Shown piece after piece: positions 1 through 10,102 of a stretch of 64,000 nucleotides of DNA. The DNA lies in NCBI RefSeq assembly GCF_000315625.1, contig NW_005434461.1, positions 1 through 64,000 on the forward strand, in the 5' to 3' direction. Within the stretch, counting starts at the first letter, position 1. Each line of letters begins with the position of its first letter. The position numbers and the translations under genes are program-made. The notes below the pieces were generated by a model. The model had not been told where the DNA came from. It was given only the letters and a program-made list of their open reading frames with translations, and made no database searches. The DNA comes from Guillardia theta CCMP2712. Its lineage: Eukaryota; Protista; Cryptophyta.

Positions 1-58
1 AGGAGGAGGAGGAGGAGGAGGAGGAGGAGGAGGAGGAGGAGGAGGAGGAGGAGGAGAC
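1..58. repeat. (GGA)n microsatellite, intronic
   Basis: Perfect AGG/GGA run at the window start, upstream of a CAG acceptor near 81. Confidence 0.95.
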
Positions 59-81
59 TGTGATGTGAAGGAGGTTGACAG

Positions 82-2059
82 GTATGCGGGGGAGGGAAGT
101 AATCACCGAGCATGCAACCTTGTACGGCAGCACCGTTTCCTCACCCGAGTCATCCAGCGACTTGAAACAGAACCCGACAGAGTTGTCTCGGTCATTCCCT
201 CCCCGTCCTCCTCCTCCTCCTCCTGTATCCCCCCCTCTCTCCTTCCTCTTCGCCCTCCTCCTCCCCTTCATCGTTGTCCTCCTCATCTTGCAATCCCCAT
301 CTCTCTCCCCTTCTCTCCTCCCTCCCCCATCTCCCTCCTTTTCTGCCTTCCACCCTCTCTACTCCAGCAACCTTCCTCCTCAATCGCCCTCCCTCCTCCT
401 CCCTGCTCCAATCCATGGCTTCTGTGCCTCCCGTCTCCCCCCCCAACTCTCTTCGTTTCTCTGAAGCTCGTCGACAGGAGATGGAGGAGTTTCGGGGCAT
501 CTTGACTCATCCTTCCAACATCTTCATTCAGGTCTGACGTCCTCCTCCTTCCTTGTTCTCGCTCCTCCTCTCTGCTCTCCCCTGCTGCTCCCTCTATTCT
601 TGCACCTCCTCCTCTTTCCCTCCCTACTTTCTCCCTTCTCCCTTCTCCTCTCCTGTTTCGTCCGCTCTCCTCCTTCCTCCCCACTTTGCGCTCCGCCCCT
701 CTCCCGCTCCCGCCTCCCTCCTCCCCCCTCCCTCCCTCCCCCTCCCTCCTCCCCTCCTCCCCCCTCCCCCCTGCCCCCTCTCCCCTCCCTCCTCTCCCTT
801 CCTCCTCCCTTTCCTTCTCCCTCCTTGTGTATCCAGCCTCTTGACATTGACTCTCAGGTCATAGCGGATGTCTTCAAGCTCCCCAAGGCGAAGCGCTGCT
901 GGACCGGAAGCTTCTTCCTCCCTCCTTCTCCTCACCCCTACACCGTCTCCTCCCCGCGCGTCATCAGTCACTCCCGCTGCTTCCACTCCCCCGCTGTCTC
1001 CTCTCCTCCTGGATCTCTCGTCCTTGTCTCTCTCGGCGCCATTGAGTCCTCCTACCTCTACGCAGCCAGCAAGGGGCTGCCAGGCTTCCAGCACCCGGAC
1101 ACAGCTCCCTTCCTCGTTACCGTCGAGCTCCTCTGCTCCATCGAGGGCCCCATGTGGAAGGTCTCGTTCTCCGATGCTGTCCTTCTTGCCTGCTCCTCCC
1201 CATCTCCGTCATCCCCCTGCTGCACCTTGTCTGTCTTCTTTCCTCCTCTCTTCTCCTCCATGTCAGCTTCACTCTGCACACTTCCCTCCTCCCTCTCATC
1301 ACCTCGTTCCTCCTCTCTCCCTCCTCTCTACATCACCGTGCTCACGGACTCCCGCAGCTCATCAGAGGCCTCGGCCTCGCATACAGTTTCTCCATCTTCG
1401 GGGATGCGGATGAAGGCCTCGTGTACTTCTCCCTCTCCCGCTCCACCTCCCCTGCTCGGGTAACAACTTTCCTTCTCGTCTCCACCTCCCTGCTACCCTT
1501 CCCATCCTCTCCTGCAGTCTCGCAGTCTGCTCATTCCCCCTGTCTTCCTCCTCTGCTCCCACACACTCCAGCCCTCCCCCCCTGCCTCATCCTCTGACGC
1601 ATCGCCAGGCCTTCAGCGAGTCCAAGAAGCTAGTCTCAAGCTTTGCCTCCTCCTCCACCAAGATCGACGCGGTAGCGCTTCAGAACGCCAAGGCCTCTGT
1701 CATTTCAGCTGTGGTCTCCCGCGAGCAGACGCCCAGCTCGACAGGCTTGCAAGCGATCATGAGCGCCCTGAGAGGGACAGGGCATGGGCACAACGCGAGG
1801 CTGCTGGAGGCAGTGGCGGCTGTGAAGGAGGAGGACTGTATGCGAGTCCTCAACACCTATCTGCTCAACTTGTTCGATCCCAAGGCCAGCAACATGTGCG
1901 TCACAACCAGCCCCTCCAAGCTACATGAGGTCTGCTGTTGGCATGCTTCCTTAGATGCCAGATGGTCGAGTGACTCTGTTACAGATCTGCAGCAGCTTCG
2001 AGGATATGGGATGGAGGGTAGAGCAGCACGAGGGGCTCGAGACACTTGTTCAAGACTGA
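82..2059 (+). CDS. 3' exons of an M16 (insulinase/pitrilysin-like, Sdd3/YOL098C-type) zinc metallopeptidase-like protein; 5' end outside the window
   Basis: Spliced reading ...GAIESSYLYAASKGLPGFQHPD...ELLCSIEGPMWK/LIRGLGLAYSFSIFGDADEGLVYFSLSRS...HNARLLEAVAAVKEEDCMRVLNTYLLNLFDP... The EGPxWxxIRGxGLAY motif is typical of the C-terminal half of this M16 subfamily. Last exon ICSSFEDMGWRVEQHEGLETLVQD* ends at TGA 2057-2059. Confidence 0.7.
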
Positions 2060-2139
2060 CAAATGAAAAGTAAAATCTTCTCACCGACCTTGACACCCTG
2101 TTGATTCTATTAAAAATCTCGGCTTTGAATGCTTCAGAG

Positions 2140-3582
2140 AACAAATCACAAGACGCCACTGGCTGTAAGGGTACCGCGCGTCGTCCTCCACCTCACGGCT
2201 AACATGCTTCATCCGCATATTGCTTCTGCTTCATCCGCGCCCCTTCCTCCTCCCTTCTCACCCTTGCGTTCCAGCAACTTGTGGCTGTGGCTGCGCCTGC
2301 TGCTGTGGCTGAGAATGCTGCGCCTGCTGCTGCAGTCCAGTTAGATGAGAGCTGGTCGGGTATCGAGCCTCACCGGAGCAGCGTTGGGCGGCTTCATCGG
2401 CATGTTAGGGTCTGCAGAGACAGCGATGGGTCCTGGAGAGGGAATGGACGGAGGGTGCATCATTCCTCCGATGACCTGCAGGAAGCAAGAGACAAGGAGC
2501 ACAGTGAACGCATGGTTCAAAGCAGAGGTGGAGAAGTCTACCGTGTTGATGCAAAATGGCGGCACTTGAGAAACGAATCCGGGTTGGTTGAAGTGCTCCA
2601 TCGGCATCGTTGGAGCACAGAACGGCATACCTCCGGCACCTGCCGACCGCGATCAGAAGAGCAATCTCGCAAGACTGCAAGCTGATTCTACCTAGCTGGA
2701 CCATGGGCGCTGTGAACGACATTTCGCCTGGCATGGTCGGCATCTGGACTTGAGCGAAAGGCATCATCCCGAATCCAGCCATCCCGGGGTTGATGAAGTG
2801 CATCGCTCCAGGATATGGTCCGTCCTTGTCACTGCTGCGCAGCTCCTCCATCCCATGAGCGAAATTACATCTGGCACCATAGCTGCAATGCCCGTTGTTC
2901 TGCTGCCAGTTCATGCAAATTCCTGCAGGAAGAAAGTTTCAGGGGTGTTTGACAAGTGAGTAGAGTTCGTACGTGTTTTGTAGTTGCTCTTTTTCTGCAT
3001 TGGGTTCACATGATTGTACGCGTAATTGACATCCTCCTCGGGAGTACCAACTGCCTGGAGCACCCGTAACGCTTTTGGCATGCATTCGCCCATGACATAC
3101 CTTCTGAAGCTCTTGATCGCCATGTGCAAAGTTGCATCGATCAGCATAAGGACAAGATCCAGTCGTTTGCCACTTTGTACACAAACGAGTTTTCCGATTC
3201 CTCGGTGTTGTTGGATTTACCCTTGATTCAATATTAATCTTCACCTGATGCAGAAAAAAAGGAACTCACTTTGGTGCTGCGTTGTTGTTGCCTGCAGAAT
3301 TTCCTCCATGATTTGTCCGCAATTCCTCACTCCCATGCGCAAAATTACATTTGTCTTCGAAAGAGCAAACGCCGTGTTGTTGGAATTTGATACAGAGACG
3401 TGTTTTGTAGTTAGACGGCCTGGAAGCAATCTTCAAACTATGCAGACTATCATGCAGTCAATGCGTCACCGTCGTGACGAGTCCCCCGAGGTATTCTCTC
3501 CACCCATGTTGTCCATGTCTTGATTAGAGTCTGACGTCTGGTTCGTCTCATCAGGACCACCGGCGGGCGGATTGGATGCCAT
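2140..3582 (-). CDS. Tandem CCCH zinc-finger RNA-binding protein (TTP/ZFP36-like; 3 fingers, Pro/Met/Gln-rich tail); multi-exon, 3' end approximate
   Basis: Three (Y/R)KT-led C-x8-C-x5-C-x3-H-type fingers: [27 protein letters not shown] (~3420-3330), [26 protein letters not shown] (~3200-3115), NYKT/..[22 protein letters not shown] (~2985-2850, split by an intron). Confidence 0.88.
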
Positions 3583-3773
3583 GGCCTGGGGAGGATACAT
3601 CACGTCATCGAGATGGTGCAAATAAGCAGTCAATCACATCACCTGTAGTTGTGGTGAGTCTGCTGGGCAAGGCTGACCAGGGACGCGGGGTGTTGGTTCA
3701 GGATGAGGCGGCTCAGGACGTCCCCTTTCGGAAGGGGACATAACCAAGTGACTTCACACCGGTCTGTAGCAGA

Positions 3774-4562
3774 ATGTCCTCTAGAACAAGGACAAGACTG
3801 CTCGTGCTGAATCAGCGCCTTTCAGAGAAAAGTTATTCCACAGCCAGATCTAGATCATTCACTGAGCAGAACTACACAAGGCTCCCAACAACTTGTCAGC
3901 AAGAATCAAGACATCACTTCGTAGTTGGCATCTCAACACACGTCGAATCGAGTACGGAAATACAAGCTGAACATGAAGATGAGTCTCGAATACTTTTAAG
4001 ATCCCGACGCTAGATCGCAAAACAAACTATTGAACACTGTATATTTTCAACCGGGGAATCAACGATGATCGAATCTGCAGTGGACGGTATCTCATCTTCA
4101 TCAACATTTTCGGGAAAAGAGCAAGACACAAGGAAGGGCATCGAGATGATCGGGAGCGCTCGAGGTGGGGGAGGCTTCTGACTAACAAGAAAGTGGAGCT
4201 AAAAAGGGAGGTTCATGTGGGGAGCGATGTTGGATGCAGTGAAGTTGGAGCATGAGTGGAAGGATCGGTTCGAGGATGAGACTGTGACTGGGCGACTGCG
4301 TCACTTTCTGGTCCATGACAGCGTGAGGTGCAGCAGCAGCAGCAGCAGCAAGGACTTCAACGACAAGAGGAAGCGCGAGGAGGCGGAGGATGTGGAGCAA
4401 GGGGATGGAGAGCTGTCAGATTATGATGTACAGAGAAAAATCAATGAGATGAGCGAGATCGAGGAGAAGGGAGAGCAGCAGCAGCAGCAGCAGGTCGCAG
4501 CGGCATGGGGAGGCGGAAGGCGGCGGGAGGGCGGGAAAAGCAGGAAGGGCCCCTTACTGTAG
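3774..4562 (+). CDS. Possible hypothetical multi-exon gene or gene remnant
   Basis: Short coding-like ORFs (WGAMLDAVKLEHEWKDRFEDETVTGRLRHFLVHD...) divergent from the CCCH gene. No recognisable motif. Confidence 0.25.
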
Positions 4563-4579
4563 GAGACTAGGACAATACT

Positions 4580-5285
4580 GCCTAGTATGGTACCTTATGT
4601 GGTCCTAGCATTTAGACCCCTACCCTGCTGTTACACAGTAAATCTGGGGAAGAGTTCAAATGAGGGTAGGGTAGGGTACTAGGGGATAGGGTCTCATGTA
4701 CCCCTTGGGCACAAATGAAATCTTGGGATTAGGAGGGGGTAGTGTGAATAGGGGTTCGAACATCTGATGTAACAGGGGTGGGAAGGGTCCAGGGGCTCTA
4801 TGGGGGTATTTTGGTGGGGCCGTGGAGATACAGGACAAGTTGGACTCTAACCATATTCTTGAACTTTAGACAAATAAGTTTTCTAGTAGAAATAACGCCC
4901 ATGTTTTTTGTTTCTGCACTGTTTGGTCCTGGTAAGGTGGGGTTCATAAATAGACTGGATCCAGGGTGGGTATACCGACCCCAACCTTCCAAATAGAGCA
5001 GGGAGGGTGGTTGGGGTACATAATAGGAAGGGGTTGTGGTTAGTGGGGTACGGTGGATCTGAAGGGGTGAAATTGAAGCCTTATCACAGGGGTACTGAAA
5101 GGGGTCAGTGGTCGAGACAGGGGTACCACGACAAAAGGTAGGGGTACACGGTTTTTTTTTGGAAAACAGAACACAGCCGTTATAAAACTCGTTATGATGT
5201 ACGTAAAATTCGTTACAAACCGTTTCAAATTAACTTCACTGAACCGGCTGAGTCCCGCCGGGCCGGCCGCCAGGACCGGAGGCTG
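4580..5285. promoter_or_regulatory. Intergenic GGGGT(AC) array followed by a T-run and a GC-rich island containing TGAGTC
   Basis: More than 10 GGGGT/GGGTA motifs on + between 4666 and 5147, T9 at 5152-5160, then ccggctgagtcccgccgggccggccgcc, upstream of the ATG at 5589. Regulatory role is inferred. Confidence 0.45.
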
Positions 5286-5588
5286 ATGAGTGGTGGGAGG
5301 TGTAGCGGGGGAGTAGGAGGGGTAGTAAGTCTAAAATCGTGAGGGGAGGAGGGAAAGGAGGGGGTACTCAAAGGTAATCAGAGGGGTGTAATAAATGAGT
5401 CGGGGTGAGTGGGGTTGCCAAGAGGTCCCGACTCAAGTGGAGGTTTGCAAGGCAATAATTTTAATGCTGCGACGCTTTTAAAAGCCTGACTGGGAGGAGG
5501 CGGCGGGAGGCGGCGGGAGGGTGGGGAGGAGGAGGAGATGAGTAAGAAGTGGGAGTGAGAAACATGCCGAGGATGAGGGGCAGACGAC

Positions 5589-7481
5589 ATGCTTACCGTG
5601 GCAATGTTATCTCAAAGATCGTCTTCGGATCTAGTCGCTGTGTCCGGAAGTTCCGTCGAGAGGATAAGTCGTTGGGGTAAACGTCAGTAGAGAGAAGAGA
5701 TTTTATCTAGGATGTCGATATGATGTTATTTGTTCGTTTCCAACATGATCTTACACAGAGGATCTACAAAGAGGGTAAGGCGCTGACGCCTATGGTGCCA
5801 GGCTCCCATTTCCTCGCGTTTGCTTCGTCGACAGACCTTCATGCAGCCATGAGTGTCGTAACTTATTTCAAGGTCCATATTATCAATGTGACAGCTACCA
5901 ACATCTTCAACAAGAAGGTATTCTGAGAGAAATGCGAGTGTGCGGAAGACAGGGGAGGGAGAGGGAGAGGGAGAGGGAGATGGAGATGGACGTGAAGCGA
6001 GCAAGAGCTGAGTGAAGGGAGGGCTTCAAAGCTGAACTTGCCTCCTCAGGGGAAGGTTCCAGACGCATACTTGAAGCTGGCATGGGACAAGGAGTTCAAG
6101 ACAGTGGAGACAGAGACGGGGAAGGTAGACGGGAGCGGCAGGACGAGCTGGGAGAAAACGTTTGGGAAGGGAGGCCTGAACTTCAAGTACGAGACCAAGT
6201 ACGCTGGTCAACTGATGAGCAAGAGGTTTGTGATAGAGTGCTGGGACAAGAACTTCTTCTCCGACGAGTTCATCGGGAAGGCTGAGCTCGACCTGCACAC
6301 CATGGCCACAGGGCCAAGGAGGGTCAAGATGGTGATCAAGAAGCCTGACGGGATGCCGGGGGGGAACTTAGACGTGCTTGCCAACGTGATGCACACTACG
6401 TACGTGAAGATCGAGCTCGCAGACGTGCAGGTCGACCTGAGGATGAAGGAGAGCTTCAGCATGCAGTACTTCTGCAGCCTGACCAGCACGCGGGCCAAGA
6501 CGACAGCATCCCACATGCCCCCGCCTATGAGGTGGAAGAGACTAGAGGATATCACCATCTTCGCGTCCTTGGAGGAGCTGTGCGAGAGCTTCGTGGTGTT
6601 TGAGTTCTCCATTGAGGGGGTTGTGCATGCGGTGGGGCAGGTGGCTCTTGTTAGGATCCTGGCGGGGATAGAGGAGTACAGCGAGAGCGTGCAGTACCCG
6701 TTCACGGAGGCGGTGAGGGACTTCGGGGAGAGCAGGGGGCAGCGGGTGGTTGGGAGCATCTCGGGGAAGATTGTGCTCAGCAACCTTCCTTTCTTCTCCC
6801 AGCTGACGGAGGATGCGATGCTTGACGATGCTGGGAACGTGGTGGGAGGGCTCAGACTACTTCCTTTCTCGCCTCTCCCGGCTGTGCTGAGCAAGAGCGG
6901 AGCGAGGGTCGTTGCGCGCTTCAGCAAGGAGAGGTTGCGGAAGAAGGAGGAGAAGAAAGAGGAGAGAGATGAAGATATCCTTGCTAAAGGTAAAAGTCGA
7001 CCTGCTGCTCTGAGAGATTTTCTCGTGATTTCGTTTTCGGATTCTCGTGATTTCGTCGATCCGTACTTGTTCTGTGCCTGCTGTGCCTGTTACACTTGTA
7101 CCTTGCGCTCGGTGCTTGTGAGGTGGTACATGTTGATTGTAATCTTGTACATCGTGTCTTCTTCACCTTTGACCTGTGCTTGTACCCCTTACCTTGTATC
7201 GAAGTACCTTGCTCACCATGTACAACATACATGTAACAGCGTGCCTTGTGTCTTTTGTCTTTACTCTGATCTTGTTCGGTTGTTCGGTGAACTTGTTAGC
7301 AGAGGTGAGCGCTATCGGAATCGATGGGTGGAACCCGCATCATTCGCCTGATGAGACAGTAGGCGAGTCCCTGCTCGACCGAGCCAACTCGGCACATGGA
7401 AGCGAGAGGGGGGACAACAGCAACACTCATGACAGCAACACGTTCAACAGCAGCAGCAACAACAACAACAACAACAATACT

Positions 7482-7526
<45 letters not shown>

Positions 7527-9446
7527 CTCATGACAGCAACACGTACAACAACACTTACAACAACAACAACAATGGAGACAACGGAGACAACACGTACCTC
7601 GTCCATGGATACAACACCCATAACAGTGATGCTGCGCCCCAATGGAATCAACAAGTGACAAATCCTCATGGAGTCATGCCAGGTGAAATTTGATTGTGTT
7701 CCTCCTCAAACTAAACTCCCTCCCTCCCCTCCCTCCCCTCCCCTCCCCTCCCTCCCTCCCTCCNNNNNNNNNNNNNNNNNNNNNNNNNNNNNNNNNNNNN
7801 NNNNNNNNNNNNNNNNNNNNNNNNNNNNNNNNNNNNNNNNNNNNNNNNNNNNNNNNNNNNNNNCCTCCCTCCCTCCCTCCCTCCCTCGATCCATCTCGTT
7901 GTTCCTCCAATTCCCTCTTCTGACGTCTTGGCAGTCTACGATGCTCCTCCCGCCGCGTTCAGGCAGGTCAGCGAGGAGGCCGGAGGCTGCAGTAGACGAT
8001 TTCTCTCACAGGCCGTGCAGGACGACCTGTCAAACCTTGTCAGCTTCACTCCCAACATGCACCATGAGCACAACATGAGGTAGAGGAGAGAGGAGAGGAG
8101 GAGGAGGGAGAAGAGGGGGAACAAGAGTGGGAGGACAGGAGGAGGGTGGGGGCGAGGATAGGGAGGAGGAGGGAGAAGAGGAGGAGGGAGACGAGGAGGA
8201 GGGCAAGGGAGGGGGAGGGGGAGGAAGGGGAGGGAGAGGGAGAGGAAGCAGCGACTGATCCATGCACGCCAGCAGGAGCGAGGTGAAGGTTGATGGGTTT
8301 GACGTCGGCAATGCAAGCAACGTGAGAGTTTGTGCTGGGGTGTGAAGGAGGAGGGAGGTGAAGCTGATGGGGAGGAAATGCTAGGAGGAGGAAGCGGAAC
8401 TAAGCTGAACAGGAGGGAGGGGAGGATAGAAGGTCAATAGGAGGAGAGCAGGAGAATAGAATGCCAAGGAGATGATGGAAGGAGGAGAGGTGAGGAGGAG
8501 GAAGTGAACTTGTTTCAGGTATTTAATCCTCGACAAGACACACCTAACTCGAACCTCGTCTCCGCCCTTGGTCACCATCCTTACTTCCCCTCTCCCCTAC
8601 GTTGCTTGCCCCCTTCCCGTGTCACCCTCCTCTTCCTCTGGCGTCCTCTCCTCTCCTCTCCTCCTCTTCTCTTCTCTCTTCCTCCTCACCTCATCCTCCT
8701 TCTCCCTCCCCTTCTCTCATCCTCCATCGTCGAGTCCTCGGCTCACTCGTATCAGGTCAAGTTCTCCCTACTTGGCGGGTCTGCTACGATGCAGGGGGGA
8801 GAAGGTGAGCGGACCGAGGGGAAGGAGAAGTGCAAGAAGGGAAGAAAAGAGGAAGGAGAGGAAGGGAGAGGAGTCGATGCAGAGTAGGGCAGGGCAGGGA
8901 GGAAGAAAAGCGGATAGGAGGGGAGGGAAGGGGAGGAAGGAGCCATCCGGAGGTTGAACAAGAGAGGAAAATGGTGCGATTTTGAGACGAGGACGAAGAA
9001 GCAAGAGAATGAGAAAGCAGGGGGAGGAAAAGAAAGAGAAGGCGGGAGCAGGAGGAGGGAGCAGGAGCAGGAGCAGGAGTAGCCGGACTAACTCTGAATC
9101 AGATTTTCGTCAACGATGTCACGCGAGTGACGACTTGGGAATATCCGACTGCTGCTCGTCTCCCTGCTGGTAGAGAACGTGACTGGAGGAATGAGGAGGG
9201 AGGGCGAGAAAGAAGAGGAGGAGGGGAAAAGGGAAGAGGAGGAGGCAGGGGGAAGAGGAGGAGGGAGAAGGACGAGGAGGGGGAGGGGGAAGGACGAGGA
9301 AGGGGGGGGAGGAAGGACGACGACGAAGATGAAGGAGGACGATGTCAAGTAGAGGAGTGACATTGTGAATAATTCAGGTTGGGAAGAGAAGACAGATACC
9401 GCGAATCGAGTCTACTACGTGAATCACATGACTAGAACAACACAAG
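5589..9446 (+). CDS. C2-domain protein with C-terminal tandem WW domains; multi-exon, spans an N gap, 3' end lost at the next gap
   Basis: C2: FKVHIINVTATNIFNKK/GKVPDAYLKL...FVIECWDKNFFSDEFIGKAELDL. WW: IFVNDVTRVTTWEYPTAARLPA/GWEEKTDTANRVYYVNHMTRTTQ (9103-9446). That C2 and WW belong to one gene is assumed across the gap at 7764-7863. Confidence 0.65.
7445..7575 (+). repeat. (AAC)n/(ACA)n microsatellite
   Basis: Long imperfect AAC run seen directly. Confidence 0.9.
7764..7863. other. Assembly gap (100 N)
   Basis: N run inside a (CCCT)n tract. Confidence 0.99.
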
Positions 9447-9644
9447 TCAGCTCCTTCCTCCATGTTCTCCTCCTCCTCCCCTTCTTCCCTTCTTTGCTCC
9501 CTCCTTCTCCTCCCTCTCTCCCTCCTTCTCCTCCCTCTCCCCCTCCTTCTTCTCCTCCCTCTCTCCCTCCTTCTTCTCCTCTCTCTCCCCCTCCTTCTTC
9601 TCCTCCCTCTCTCCCTCCTTCTTCTCCTCCCTCTCTCCCTCCTT

Positions 9645-9744
9645 NNNNNNNNNNNNNNNNNNNNNNNNNNNNNNNNNNNNNNNNNNNNNNNNNNNNNNNN
9701 NNNNNNNNNNNNNNNNNNNNNNNNNNNNNNNNNNNNNNNNNNNN
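9645..9744. other. Assembly gap (100 N)
   Basis: N run next to a pyrimidine minisatellite. Confidence 0.99.
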
Positions 9745-10102
9745 TCCTCCTGCTCCTCCTTTGTTTGCATCAGATCAGTCTGAGAGATTGATGCCCTTCT
9801 CCCTAGCATACTTCCTTACTTCCTCCTGCCATGAGTGTGAGGAGGAGGAGGCGGCGGGAAGGGGGTGCAGCGAAAGGACGAGACAAGTAGGTAGAGGACA
9901 AGAGGAAAGAAAACAGGACAGGACCAGAGGAAGGGAGTGGGGGGAGGTAAACGACAAGTTGCAGCTGCTGCTAGGGCCTTACTACAGGGAAGAGAGGAAG
10001 GACGGGGAGCGGAAGGAAAGGAAGGGGAGGAGGAGGAGGAGGAGGAGGAGGGGGCAGAAGGGAGAAGGGAGGAGGGAGAAGGGAGGGAGGAGTAGTGGGA
10101 TA

